A program made the position numbers and the translations under genes. 64,000 nucleotides of DNA from Octopus vulgaris (Eukaryota). The stretch is from positions 44,640,001 to 44,704,000 of the forward strand of contig OX597830.1 of NCBI GenBank assembly GCA_951406725.2, written 5' to 3'. Positions 13,411 to 28,249 of this stretch are shown in pieces (positions within the stretch are counted from its first letter, which is position 1; each line of letters starts with the position of its first letter). The notes beneath the pieces were generated by a model. It had not been told where the DNA came from, did not search any database, and saw only the letters and a list, made by a program, of their open reading frames with translations.

Positions 13411-14161
13411 ATAGCGCTACAGAAAGTTCAAACCAATATTCTACACGCTATTACTTATAGTTTAATCTAAAACTATTTCCACTCATACACACACACACAC
13501 ACACACACACTAGTTAGAATGTACTCTTGATGCGTAAAAAAATTAACGTATTCCTTCTTAAATATGGTAAATGTGATCAACCTAAGAGACAGAAAGTTGA
13601 AGCAGAAAGAAACCACAAGCTAGCAGCATATCTAAATATTCAGGAAATATTCAGTATGTGAACTAATAAGAGTTTGGGAAGTGAGATGGGGTGGGCACCC
13701 GCAGTGACTTAGTATTATAAATAATTACAAGAAGGAAAGCATTGGTATAAGGAAGAAGTTAGAGTCATCAAAAGACCGATAGAAAAGGATGTCAGTAGAA
13801 TTCTCTTACGAAATTAGAGAGGAGGCGAGGAACAAGACAAAAGTCACATCAGATTACAAAAGCGCAGTATGGCTATAGATAAGGAGTAATGAAGTGCATC
13901 ATATTTTAGGGATACTAAACCACTAGGAACCAGACGTGACTTGAGATGTGTCATTGGGGAGGTTGGAAGGTGGAGAGTCAACCTATAATATGCGTTTAAA
14001 CAAATGAGATGGCGGCGTCAATTTCCATCTCGGCATCTGAAACTCGGTGTTTTATCACGGCTACTGAATAATTGTCACATATTACATTTACAGATAAATT
14101 CCTCTATTTAAATAACGTCAAGGTCACTTTCATTGTTTTGCAGTTTTACCATTTTTATCAA

Positions 14162-14292
<131 letters not shown>

Positions 14293-14303
14293 TTGTGTGT
14301 GTG

Positions 14304-14600
14304 TGGAGGCGCAATGGCCCAGTGGTTAGGGCAGTGGACTCGCGGTCGTAGGATCGTGGTTTCGATTCCAAGTTCGGGCATTGTGAGTGTTTATTGAGCG
14401 AAAGCACCTATAGCTCCACGAGACTCCGGCAGCGGGTGGTGACGATTCCTGCTGTACTCTTTCGCCGCAACTTTCTTCTGTTGGTCTGCTCGCTTAGCCA
14501 GCGGGGTGGTGTTATCTGAAGGCTAAATCAATGCGAAGCGCATTGTGACCAGCGATGTGTAGCAACATCTGATAGCCTGGTCGGTCACGTGATCACGTGA
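14304..14600 (+). mobile_element. tRNA-derived SINE (duplicated copy)
   Basis: Same A/B boxes and body as 4980-5257. Confidence 0.85.
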
Positions 14601-14975
14601 GAAAAAATATATAAGTTCTAATTTACCCTAATTATACAAAAAATCCAGTAGCTGGTTCAACCATTGCGTAATATAGTAGTTAACCCTACTAATAAAGAAA
14701 ATTTATTTTGCTCTATGATTATGTAAAATAGTAAACTAATCTATCACTACGAGAAATAGAACGCTGCTTCACATATGTGAAAAATAATAATCTGCTGTAC
14801 ATTGGTATACTGGAAAATGTACATTGGTATACTGGAAAATGTATTAAGATATTCATAAGCAAAATTTATAAGGTTGCTGTTAATACGGAGTCTTTGATGA
14901 AATTCCAAAACACTCATTGGTCATAAGTTGTGCAAATAGAAGTAATAGAGAAATAAATGAAAAACATTAAATTAC

Positions 14976-15045
14976 TTGGGATTCTTGGTCACCATAACTG
15001 TCTACTTCAGACAATGATTCTAAATTCCTCTCAGAAGATAGTGAT
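14976..15045 (-). CDS. Predicted micro-exon type B, copy 2; (L)SLSSERNLESLSEVDSYGDQESQ
   Basis: Splice sites, 70-nt length and open frame conserved relative to 5704-5773. Confidence 0.72.
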
Positions 15046-16453
15046 CTACAAAAAATGAACCAAGGAGGAAGTTTAAGATTAGTGAAAGTTGTTTGTAATA
15101 TGGAGTGTAGTTAACATTCTGGACATTTGAACTTCATCTAAAAGTTAAGAAAAAGAGAAAAGTGATATTGTTGCATGGGTTGGGAGCAAGAAACAATGGA
15201 ATATTATTGAAAGACTAATATAGGAGGTGATGAGAAGGATGACCAAGAGGAAGTTAAGGTCAGAATGAGTCAGAAGTTAGAGGAATGGTCAGGGTCTGGT
15301 GAACAAAGGCGGAGAGGAAAGCTAAGAAAAAATGAGGAGAAGGTAGAAAGAGTCAGTGAGGATTATGAATAAATTTATGGAGTAATATCTATGTGTATTT
15401 AGACCTGTTATGAAATTAGGAATACATTTCAATAAGTAGCTTTGAACAAATTTATTTCAAAAGAGAGGTCAGCAAATACTCATGTAATTAATATCAAGTC
15501 ATCAAATTTCTACAATTTTCAAATGGCATTTAATTGGTACAATTTTGATTGTATTTTGATATATAGCCTTCTGCCATTCATCTCGGTTTTGTGGGATGTG
15601 TAGGTGTGTGAGATCTGATGAACTGTAAAAGACAGTAAATCTGCTTAATTTAATTCACATCTCTAGAAAAAAACGTCTGCTCCAATGTATGATTTCTTAC
15701 ATAAAATAAGACCTCAAATTTCAACAATTACCATAAGGTATTTTGTTTGACCGTTTTATAATTCTGCTAATCCACTACATTTTCTTCAAATGTATATTAA
15801 GACACAAACAAACGGTAATATTAGAAGAGATAAACTGATAGGCTAAACATTTCTGACTTGACTGTATGTATTTAGTGGAGATACTTAGCGTTTATGGGGC
15901 AAATTTCAAAGCTACACTAAATACACGGTGGTAACATACTTTACATTGTTCTTAGTTTGCACGGATTTACTTGAGCATTGCTTTTGTTGGAACCAAAATG
16001 TTTTCGCTTTTCCCTTTATATCTACAGGAAACCCCTTTGTAGTTTCCGATTCAATGTTTCCTTTTCCTTACCGTTATAACGTCATTTCATTTCTTCAATA
16101 CAAAAGGTTCTGACTAATGCTTAAGTAAGAATTAATATCATATATTTATAAATATCTGATAAATATTTTCGAGACTAAATAATAATTTCAAATGTCCAGA
16201 AAATTGATTTTTTCAGAACTGAAAGTATATTATCAAATCTAGTTCAAAATGGTTAAAGTCGTCAACAGAAACTATGAAAGAGTGAAGTATAAAAGAAAAA
16301 ACAGAAACAAGGAAACAATCAGAGCCAGTGAAATTGCTGGATCTCTTGTAACTTTAAAACAAACATCACAACTACATGGTTACATTGCATCAACAAAGGA
16401 AAATACTTTACTTCAAATAGAATATAAAATCCAATATCACCATAATACCTATA

Positions 16454-16505
<52 letters not shown>

Positions 16506-19304
16506 ATTTCGGAATGGTCATTTTGACAGTTTAGCCAATAAAAACACACGCACTATATATTTTGTGTTACTTTGCTTCAGTGTTATTTATTTTTTACATT
16601 AAACTTAATCTTATTTCGGTCAGAGTTCTTTCGTCACACAAACGTGACCGCATCAGTGGTCCTTTGCATTCTTCTTTCTTATTTGTGTGTCTCTCCTTAC
16701 TAACCGTCAGCCATTTTGCTTTTGTATTGTATGTGTCTATGTGTATTCATTTGCGCATGCTTATATCTCTATGTGCGTCCATGTTTAATTAGTGTGTGTG
16801 TGTGTGAATACCTGTAATATTTGTATCTTCTGTTTATATACGTTCGTGTAATTTGTTTTTGTTTTTGTTTATTCTTATTTTGTTCATGTATTTACATCCA
16901 CTTATTATTATCATTACGTATGCTTGTATGTATGTATGTATGTATGTATAACAACAATACTACTACTACTAATAATAATAATAATGATAATAAAACATTT
17001 TAAAACATTTAAAAATTAAAAAAAAATCTTTTAAATTTAAGAAAAAATTATATAGTTATTTATTTCTATTTGTTTATTTATCTGTGTATTTTATCTATTA
17101 TGTTTTCGGCTTTGTTTATATTGTAACCAGTTTATGGGGATCCTCTACTGTCATATGTTGTGGTGTGTGCTATTGTTCCATTCCAGTTTCCTATTCAGGC
17201 TAGGTTTATCTTCTATTATGTGTGTAGCTTCCGTAATTTGTCAGATTGTTGTATCTGTTCTATGCGTGGACAAGATTTTAACTTCTATGTTGTTGATTGA
17301 TCCCCGTGTTCATTATCGGCATGTTGGTACAGAATCGATGAGCTTTTAGCTTCCTTAAGTTCTCTCCAATGTCCATTTACCCGCTCTACTATGCTTCGTG
17401 CCGTTTCCCCTACGTATGTCGTTGTCTTGTTACTGCTCATCCCTCTATACATCTTATACTATATACTACTTTTATCTTAGCTTGAATATTTTAAGTTTTA
17501 TAATTATTAATTTTTATCAATATTAAGTATTTACTATTATTCATTTTCATTTTTATTAAATTTCATATTTTAACATTTTTGTATACTTTCTTTTATTATT
17601 ATCTTTTAGGCGGCGAACTGGCAGAATCGTTAGCGCGTCGCTTCGTTCGGAGTTCAAATTCCACCGAGTCGATTTTACTTTTCATCCTTTTGAGGGTCGA
17701 TAAATTAAGTACCAGTAAAAACACTGGAGTCGGTGTAACCGACTAGTCTCTTCCCCACAAACTCGAGACCTTGTGCCTACAGTAGAAAGGATTATTATCA
17801 TCACCTTATTTTACTACTATTACTATTTTTCTTAAATATAAATATTAACACACACACAAATAACAAAGCATATTTCATCTACTTTGTTGGAGTATCTCAA
17901 CCGATCAGCATGTAACTTCCTTTCGGCTTTCGAAACCGCAACTCCAAATCACCATGCAATAACCTATCACTAGACCAAGGAAATTTTACCTCCGATCAGA
18001 AGTGGACTCTCAAGAAAATAAACAGACTGACTCGGTAAGAGAATCATACAACAGGAACGTTTCATGACCATTCCCCACAGGCAAGACAACCAGGCAGAAT
18101 GTTAAACTTGGTCTCCAGAAAGAATAAGAATAAGAATTATAACGAATCAAAAATTATATTTTTTCACAGAAATGATTATAGATACACTGATTCTAAAACA
18201 GTCCGTTACCGGCGAAAAACTCTCTACGCGACGGTAAAAAGAATCACATGCAAGATGAAAGAAACTCTAACAAAATCCCTTTTGCTTACTCTCTTCTTTC
18301 TTTATTTGTTTCTCTCTTAACTCAGTATGATTGAACTTTTGGCGTTCCACATCTTTTATATACTTCGCCCATCATTTTCTGATATTATTGAATTTTGTGA
18401 ACATTTAATCATTTAAACATATTGATCCACATTTTTTACATTCTTAACCTATTATTATTGATACTATTGAATTTTGCGAACATTTAATCATTTAAATATG
18501 TTTTGTACTTCGCAAACAAAATATGGCCTTGGGACCGAGGAGAGGAGGTAACGCTTAGAAAATGTCTTGAAGGATGGTGAACATAGCGACAGAAAATTTG
18601 CGACTATTCAGCTACGGAACCAGTGTAAGAAGGGAAGAAAAAGGGGTACTGACAGTTGGTCACGCGACAGCAGCAGGCAGAGGAGAAAGACTGCAGGGTG
18701 AGAGAACGACAGAGAAAAATAGGGAAGGGATGAAGGGAAAGAAGAAAGGCTGGGAATACAAGAGAGAGAAGGGGTAAGTAGAAAGTCTATAATAAATAAA
18801 TACACACACACACATATGTGTATATCTATATATATTAAGTATGTAAGTATGTTTTAAAAGTTGTGGGCTAATTACGGATTGCTCATAGAGAGCCTATGCG
18901 AAAAAATACAGAGTAGAAAAAATTCAAAACGCAAGTCTTAGGAAGTCAAACATATTCCCGAACGCATAAATGAGAAATTTCAATCGAAGTAGTTGAATGA
19001 TATATATTTATACACATCAACATAAATCATACATGTACAGGTGTGAAAATGCTCCAAGGTTATAAAGAATGAAATCAAACATACATAGAAATATAGAAGA
19101 AATATAAAAATTTATATAAAAATACTTATCAAATTACATATAAATAAATTTACATATAACGAGTTATGCGTGATAAATATAGGAGGTGCAAAATGGATGA
19201 GAGATTGGTACATTCTGTAAGGATCAGATATCGAGATATGTAGGTATTTAATGGGTCTTTCGATATGATGAAGAAAGTTTATCTGGAAATGTCTGTCTAC
19301 TTAC

Positions 19305-19363
19305 AAATCATCAAAAAATGTCGATGTCAAAGGCGATTGAATTTGTGTTTCTGTTGTTTCAGG
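19305..19363 (-). CDS. Predicted micro-exon type A, copy 2; PETTETQIQSPLTSTFFDD(L)
   Basis: cttctattctctAG|59 nt|GTaagtag; frame open. Confidence 0.78.
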
Positions 19364-20259
19364 CTAGAGAATAGAAGAAAAACAACGTTAATTGTTGAAA
19401 GAAACGTTTGGGTTAGTATTTCTAGGTATAGAAAACAAGTTTTAAGTAAAATATATGTTTGAAGGAGGAGGTATATAAGTAACAGTAGTAAGCAAGAGGC
19501 AAATAATAACCACATCTAAAAGTCTAACAACTACACACGGATATAGACACAGAAAAATCCATTTACAGAAAAAAGATAAACAGTTTTATTTTCAATTTAG
19601 TTTTAGAGATGTCAACATGGTTAGCCTCATTGAATTCAAATAAAGATCTGAAATCGTATTTACAACTACTTTATTTTTATGAAGTCCAGTATTTATGATA
19701 TCAGTGCAGATCCTTTTAATATCTTACTAATTTAGGCATTATTAAATAAAATCTTTAGGAAAATAATATCCTCAGATGCAATATAAAACACAATTTATTT
19801 ATATATATATATATATCAATGAATTATAAAGTTCACATCCTGAAATCATCAAAAGTCTCCCAAAAGCCTAAACTTCAAAGATGGAAAACAGTAAAGACAT
19901 TGAAGAGTTCTATAAGTTATAATTTTTTTAAAAATTATGATGAATATATAAATATCATTTAAAGTAAGTTTATTTAAGTGTGTACATATTAATTCTACAT
20001 TTTCCCAATTGAAAAAATTTTATACAATATTTTTAATGAAATTTGTACAACTTTTGCAAGGATTGTGAGTCTAAACAGGAACTAACTTATCTTTCTCAAT
20101 TCACCCATGATTGCAGGTGTCTTGCACAAATACTATTCACTTATGAACGTAATCCGAACACTTCCTTGCTACACTAGGGTATTAGTTCCAGTGACAATAA
20201 CATCTATATTCCCAGAAGATCAACATAGGAATCAACAAAGCGAACCTGACTGGAGTACA

Positions 20260-20304
<45 letters not shown>

Positions 20305-20305
<1 letters not shown>

Positions 20306-21425
20306 TTGGTTTGTTAAGAAAACTCTAGTGGTTTTTAACCTTTAAATTCAGATACACATATCTCGGCTCAGACATCGTCTTATTTTTTGAAGCATTTCTC
20401 ACTCAAGAAGTTGACGAAATGCTTGAAAAAGTGGTAGTCGGTAGGCGACAGGTCTAGTGAGTACGGCGGATGAGGCAGAGTCTTGTAGCCCAATTCATTC
20501 AACTTCTGCAGGGTCAGTTGTGCGACGTGCGGCCGAGCGTTGTCGTGGAGAAGAATTGGTCCTTTTCTATTGACCAATGCTGGCTATTGTTGTCGGAGTT
20601 TCTTATGCATTCCATCCATTTACTGACAGAACTTCTCCGCCGTAATGGTTTTGGATCCAAAAAGCTGTGATGGATGAGTCCGGCCGCAGACCACCAAACA
20701 GTCACTAAGACCTTCTTTTCGTGCAACTTTGGCTTCGGGAAGTGCCTTAGAGCTTCGTCGATGTCCAACCACTGAGATGAGCGTCGCCGGTCGTCGTAAA
20801 GATTCCACTTTTCATCGCAAGTCACAATCCGGTCGAGAAATGTGTTGCGTAAAAGAAGGGAAGACGACACTTCAAAACAGCGTTTTCTTTCTTTTTTGGT
20901 TGTCGTTCAATTCGTGCGGCACCCATTTCTCGAGTATTTTTGTTTTTCCAATCTCTTTCAAGTGGTTGGAAATTGTCGTTTACGTTACGTCTAATTCAGA
21001 AGCAAGCTCTTGAGCAGATGTGTGTGGATTTGTTTTCACTAAGGCTCTTAGTTGATTGTTGTCAACATCCGATGGCTGACCACTACGCTTATCATCTTCA
21101 AGATTCTCATCACTGCTACGAAATCTCTTGAACCACCATTGTGCTGTACGTTGATTAGTGGTTCCTGTGCGGCCAAACACATCGTTGATATCGCGAGTTG
21201 TTTCAGCAGCCTTTCGGCCTAACTTGAACTACAATAATAAAATTATGCGAATTTGCTTTTTGTTCATGTTGTATTCAACGTTCCAGAAAAAATGCCTTGA
21301 TTATTCAAAAAGAAAAAGTGTAACACGATTAGATAGAGCGAAAAACAGGCTTTAAAATGTTATGTAAAGTCAAAGAAATTTATCGAAAATTAATTTGAAA
21401 ATACATCATTTCCTAACAACCTAAC
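20305..21425 (-). mobile_element. Mariner transposon, duplicated copy
   Basis: Near-identical to 11539-12667; motifs [16 protein letters not shown] and SPTDYHFFKH. Confidence 0.92.
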
Positions 21426-21494
<69 letters not shown>

Positions 21495-22254
21495 TATATT
21501 ACGTTCACTTTCCATGTAGCACTGCAACAGAATCCCGTTTTCTTTGCTGGACCAGTTCTCCTCCCTGCTCTATAATTTGCTGTTGCTGTATTAAGATAAC
21601 AGCTGTGATCAATCTGCATCGTTACTGAACCAATGCCGAGCGAGAGGCCTTCTCTTAAGGACCCAACCTCATTCTTTTCTGTCACATCCAGACTTTCTAC
21701 GCGAACTCCTGTCGCATAAACTGAGTTAAGATTTCTTTCCCCACCATCGTCATCACCATTATTTTTCAACGACTGATTGCTTCAAGTAACTTTCTATTGG
21801 CTGGTTTTGCTAGGGGTCATTCTTTACAGCGTTTACTTTTTCGCAGAACACCGCCCATGGAATGTGTTGACGTTTCTTTCGTATTTATAATAATTGTTGA
21901 TGTATAAACGAGAGTCCGCGAAGAAACAGTAATGCGCATTCTCTTCCCGTTTGGCAATTCTTTGCCCCTACATTTTACTCTTTTCTCCCGCTTCAAAGTA
22001 AGCACCGCAAAATTCGAGATACGTATTTCCGTCACTATATCCTTGTTGCACATTTGCACAGTCTCAACACCAGCCTTTCCTTTTCAGACTCTGCTGTTTG
22101 CGAAAAGTTTTAAATCAGCCATGAAGAGGTGTTTGAGACGAGGTCCATTCTTTCTCAGCTTATAGTGCCCATTGATTTTGCATAGCGCTACAGAAAGTTC
22201 AAACTAATATTCTACACGCTATTACTTATAGTTTAATCTAAAACTATTTTCACT

Positions 22255-22309
<55 letters not shown>

Positions 22310-22336
22310 TAGAATGTACTCTTGATGCGTAAAAAA

Positions 22337-23774
22337 ATTAACGTATTCCTTCTTAAATATGGTAAATGTGATCAACCTAAGAGACAGAAAGTTGAAGCAG
22401 AAAGAAACCACAAGCTAGCAGCATATCTAAGTATTCAGGAAATATTCAGTATGTGAACTAATAAGAGTTTGGGAAGTGAGATGGGGTGGGCACCCGCAGT
22501 GACTTAGTATTATAAATAATGACAAGAAGGAAAGCATTGGTATAAGGAAGGAGTTAGAGTCATCAAATGACCGATAGAAAAGGATGTCAGTAGAATTCTC
22601 TTACGAAATTAGAGAGGAGGCGAGGAACAAGACAAAAGTCACATCAGATTACAAAGGCGCAGTATGGCTATAGATAAGGAGTAATGAAGTGCATCATATT
22701 TTAGGGATACTAAACCACTAGGAACCAGACGTGACTTGAGATGTGTCATTGGGGAGGTTGGAAGGTGGAGAGTCAACCTATAATATGCGTTTAAACAAAT
22801 GAGATGGCGGCGTGAATTTCCACCTCGGCGTCTGAAACTCGGAGTTTTATCACGGCTACTGAATAATTGTCACATATGATATTTACAGATAAATTCCTCT
22901 ATTTAAATAATATCAAGGTCTCTTTCATTGTTTTGCAGTTTTACCATTTTTATCAATATATATATATATATTGATAAAAATGGTAAAACTGCAAAACAAT
23001 GAAAGAGACCTTGATATTATTTAAATAGAGGAATTTATCTGTAAATATCATATGTGACAATTATACAGTAGCCGTGATAAAACTCCGAGTTTCAGATGCC
23101 GAGGTGGAAATTCACGCCGCCATCTCATTTGTTTAACTGCAATATATATATATATTGATAAAAATGGTAAAACTGCAAAACAATGAAAGAGACCTTGATA
23201 TTATTTAAATAGAGGAATTTATCTGTAAATATCATATGTGACAATGATTCAGTAGCCGTGATAAAACTCCGAGTTTCAGACGCCGAGGTGGAAATTCACG
23301 CCGCCATCTCATTTGTTTAACTGCATATTATAGGTTGACTCTCCACCTTCCAACCTCCCCAATGACACATCTCAAGTCACGTCTGGTTCCTAGTGGCTTT
23401 GTATCCCTAAAATATGATGCACTTAATTACTCCTTATCTATAGCCATACTGCGCCTTTGTAATCTGATGTGACTTTTGTCTTGTTCCTCGCCTCCTCTCT
23501 AATTTCGTAAGAGAATTCTACTGACATCCTTTTCTATCGGTCTTTTGATGACTCTAACTTCTTCCTTATACCAATGCTTTCCTTCTTGTCCTTATTTATA
23601 ATACTAAGTCACTGCGGGTGCCCACCCCATCTCACTTCCCAAACTCTTATTAGTTCACATACTGAATATTTCCTGAATACTTAGATATGCTGCTAGCTTG
23701 TGGTTTCTTTCTGCTTCAACTTTCTGTCTCTTAGGTTGATCACATTTGCCATATTTAAGAAGGAATATGTTAAT
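22337..23774. repeat. Fold-back inverted duplication (~620-bp arms plus an extra ~170-bp partial arm)
   Basis: 22337-22956 reappears reverse-complemented at 23155-23774. Its inner ~170 bp also appears at 22971-23140. The symmetry centre is a (TA)n run at ~22956-22971. Confidence 0.93.
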
Positions 23775-24110
23775 ACGAAAATATAAAATACACGTGGAAA
23801 TGTAAGGGTAAAATATGAAAAATCAACAAGATGCACATTGCAAAAAAAGACAAGGCTAGTTATGACAAGTAACGACAAATATATACATTTAGATTGACTG
23901 AGGTAGTAATACGTGTCATAAAAGTCATTATTATGAGATGATTATAAGATGATAATAAAGTAAGAGAACAAAACGGACCATGGTTTACGCAAACCCATTC
24001 ATCGTTTGAAATATATATATATATATATATAGAATGTCAAACTGTACTCTTTCTTTTTGATTCGAACACCTTCAATTCTCTCTTTCTCTCTCTTTATCTC
24101 TCTCTCTCTC

Positions 24111-24151
<41 letters not shown>

Positions 24152-24162
24152 TTGTGTGTGTG

Positions 24163-24459
24163 TGGAGGCGCAATGGCCCAGTGGTTAGGGCAGTGGACTC
24201 GCGGTCGTAGGATCGCGGTTTCGATTCCAAGATCGGGCATTGTGAGTGTTTATTGAGCGAAAGCACCTATAGCTCCACGAGACTCCGGCAGCAAGTGGTG
24301 GCGATTCCTGCTGCACTCTTTCGCCGCAACTTTCTTCTGTTGGTCTGCTCGCTTAGCCAGCGGGGTGGCGTCATTTGAAGGCTAAATCAATGCGAAGCGC
24401 ATTGTGACCAGCGATGTGTAGCAACATCTGATAGCCTGGTCGGTCACTTGATCACGTGA
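24163..24459 (+). mobile_element. tRNA-derived SINE (duplicated copy)
   Basis: Same as 4980-5257. Confidence 0.85.
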
Positions 24460-24813
24460 GAAAAAAATATATAAGTTCTAATTTACCCTAATTATACAAA
24501 AAATCCAGTAGCTGGTTCAACCATTGCGTAATATAGTAGTTATCACTACTAATAAAGAAAATGTATTTTGCTCTATGATTATGTAAAATAGTAAACTAAT
24601 CTATCATTACGGGAAATAGAACGCTGCTTCACATATGTGAAAAATAATAATCAGCTGTATATTGGTATACTGGAAAATGTATTAAGATATTCATAAGCAA
24701 AATTCATAAGGTTGCTGTTAATACAGAGTCTTTGATGAAATTCCAAAACACTCATTGGTCATAATTTGTGCAAACAGAAGTAATAGAGAAATAAATGAAA
24801 AACATTAAATTAC

Positions 24814-24883
24814 TTGGGATTCTTGGTCACCATAACTGTCTACTTCAGACAATGATACTAAATTCCTCTCAGAAGATAGTGAT
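24814..24883 (-). CDS. Predicted micro-exon type B, copy 3; (L)SLSSERNLVSLSEVDSYGDQESQ
   Basis: Splice sites, 70-nt length and open frame conserved. Confidence 0.72.
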
Positions 24884-26415
24884 CTACAAAAAATGAACCA
24901 AGGAGGAAGTTTAAGATTAGTGAAAGTTGTTTGTCATATGGAGTGTAGTTAACATTCTGGACATTTGAACTTCATCTAAAAGTTAAGAAAAGGAGGAAAG
25001 TGATATTATTGCATGGGTTGGGAGAAATAAACAATGGAATATTACTGAAAGACTAATATAGGAGGTGATGAGAAGGATGACCAAGAGGGAGTTAAGGTCA
25101 GAATGAGTCAGAGGTTAGAGGAATGGTCAGGGTCTGGTGAACAAGGGCGGAGAGGAAAGCTAAGAACATATGAGGAGACGGTAGATAGATTCAGTGAGGA
25201 TTATGAATAAATTTATGGAGTAATATCTATGTGTATTTAGACCTGTTGTGAAATTAGGAATATATTTCAATAAGTAGCTTTGAACAATTTTATTTCAAAA
25301 GAGAGGTCAGCAAATCTTGACGAAGTGCTCAGACAGTAAAACTTGTCAGTTTGATTTTTATTACAAGCTGCTGAAAATATACTTCATAGACTTCATTTCA
25401 CATCAAAAGGTAAGTTTACGCATAAAGTCTGGGGTGTAAATACTCATGTAATTAATATCAAGTCATCAAATTTCTACAATTTTCAAATGGCATTTAACTG
25501 GTACAATTTTGATTGTGTTTTGATATATAGCCTTCTGCCATTTATCTCGGTTTTGTGGGATGTGTAGGTGTGTGAGATCTGATGAACTGTAAAAGACAGT
25601 TAATCTGCTTAATTAAATTCACATCTCTAGAAAAACTTCTGTTTCAATGTATGATTTCTTACATAAAATAAGACCTCAAGTTTCAAGAATTACCATAAGG
25701 TATTTTGTTTGACCGTTTTATAATTCTGCTAATCCACTACATTTTCTTCAAATGTATATTAAGACACAAACAAACGGTAACATTAGAAGAGATAAACTGA
25801 TAGGTTAAACATTTCTGAATTGACTGTATGTATTTGGTGGAGATACTTAGCGTGTATGGGGCAAATTTCAAAGCTACACTAAATACACGGTGGTAACACA
25901 CTTTACATTGTTCTTAGTTTGCACGGATTTACTTGAGCATCGCTTTTGTTGGAACCAAAATGTTTTCGCTTTTCCCTTTATATCTACAGGAAACCCCTTT
26001 GTAGTTTCCGATTCAATGTTTCCTTTTCCTTACCGATTTAACGTCATTTCATTTCTTCAATACAAAAGGTTCTGACTAATGCTTAAGTATGAATTAATAT
26101 CATATATTTATAAATATCTGATAAATATTTTCGAGACTAAATAATAATTTCAAATGTCCAGAAAATTGATTTTTTTTTAACTGAAAATATATTATCAAAT
26201 CTAGTTCAAAATGGTTAAAGTCGTCAACAGAAACTATGAAAGAGTGAAGTATAAAAGAAAAAACAGAAACAAGGAAACAATCAGAGTCAGTGTAATTGCT
26301 GGATCTCTTGTAACTTTAAAACAAACATCACAACTACATGGTTACATTACATCAACAAAGGAAAATACTTTACTTCAAATAGAATATAAAATCCAATATC
26401 ACCATAATACCTATA

Positions 26416-26460
<45 letters not shown>

Positions 26461-28090
26461 TGTTGTATTTCTGAATGGTCATTTTGACAGTTTAGCCAAT
26501 AAAAACACACGCACTATATATTTTGTGTTACTTTGCTTCAGTGTTATTTATTTTTTACATTAAACTTAATCTTATTTCGGTCAGAGTTCTTTCGTCACAC
26601 AAAAGTGACCGCATCAGTGGTCCTTTGCTTTCTTCTTTCTTATTTGTGTGTCTCTCCTTACTAACCGTCAGCCATTTTGCTTTTCTATTGTATGTGTCTA
26701 TGTGTATTCATTTGCGCATGCTTATATCTCTATGTGCGTCTATGTTTAATTAGTGTGTGTGTGTGAATGCCTGTAATATTTGTATCTTCTGTTTATATAC
26801 GTTCGTGTAATTTGTTTTTGTTTTTGTTTATTCTTATTTTGTTCATGTATTTACATCCACTTATTATTATTTTCATTACGTATGCTTCTATGTATGTATG
26901 TATGTATAACAACAATACTACTACTACTAATAATAATAATGATAATAAAACATTTTAAAACATTAAAAAATTTTTTTTTAAATCTTTTAAATTAAAAAAA
27001 AATTATATAGTTATTTATTTCTATTTGTTTATTTATCTGTGTATTTTATTTATTATGTTTTCGGCTTTGTTTATATTATAACCAGTTTATGGGGATCCTC
27101 TACTGTCATATGTTGTGGTGTGTGCTATTGTTCCATTCCAGTTTCCTATTCAGGCTAGGTTTATCTTCTATTATGTGTGTAGCTTCCGTAATTTGTTAGA
27201 TTGTTGCATCTGTTCTATGCGTGGACAAGATTTTAACTTCTATGTTGTTGATTGATCCCCGTGTTCATTATCGGCATGTTGGTACAGAATCGATGAGCTT
27301 TTACCTTCCTTAAGTTCTCTCCAATGTCTATTTACCCGCTCTACTATGCTTCGTGCCGTTTCCCCTACGTATGTCGTTGTCTTGTTACTGCTCATCCCTC
27401 TATACATCTTATACTATAGACTACTATTATCTTAGCCTGAATATTTTAAGTTTTATAATTATTAATTTTTATCAATATTAAGTATTTACTATTATTCATT
27501 TTCATTTTTATTAAATTTCATATTTTAACAGTTTTGTATACTTTCTTATATTATTGTCTTTTAGGCGGCGAACTGGCAGAATCGTTAGCGCGTCGCTTCG
27601 TTCGGAGTTCAAATTCTACCGAGTCGATTTTGCTTTTCATCGTGTTGAGGGTCGATAAATTAAGTACCAGTAAAAACACTGGAGTCGGTGTAACCGACTA
27701 GTCTCTTCCCCACAAACTCGAGACCTTGTGCCTACAGTAGAAAGGATTATTATCATCACCTTATTTTACTACTATTACTATTTTTCTTAAATAAAAATAT
27801 TAACACACACACACAAATAACAAAGCATATTTCATCTACTTTGTTCGAGTATCTCAACCGATCAGCATGTAACTTCCTTTCGGCTTTCGGAACCGCAACT
27901 CCAAATCACCATGCAATAACCTATCACTAGACCAAGGAAATTTTACCTCCGATCAGAACTGGACCCTCAAGAAAATAAACAGACTGACTCGGTAAGAGAA
28001 TCAAACAACATGACCATTTCCCACAGGCAAGACAACCAGGCAGAATGTTAAACTTGGTCTCCAGAAAGAATAAGAATAAGAATTATAACG

Positions 28091-28249
28091 AGGGAAGGCT
28101 GATCTCCCTTTGCAGGCTGGCAAGGACACCGAGATGGTGTCAGCCCTTCTGGTGACGTCGATGATCGCCTGGGGCTAAATGCATCAGTAACACACCCACC
28201 ACCCCGCCCTGTCCCTAGCCACATTGAGATGGCTGATCCCCCTTATGTT
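28091..28249 (+). mobile_element. Short GC-rich insertion present only in duplication copy 3
   Basis: Replaces aatc in aattataacg[aatc]aaaaattata of copies 1 and 2. Shares gatgatc.cctggggctaaa..cagtaacac..tagcca.attgagatggct with the palindromic repeat at 45647-45818. Confidence 0.75.
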
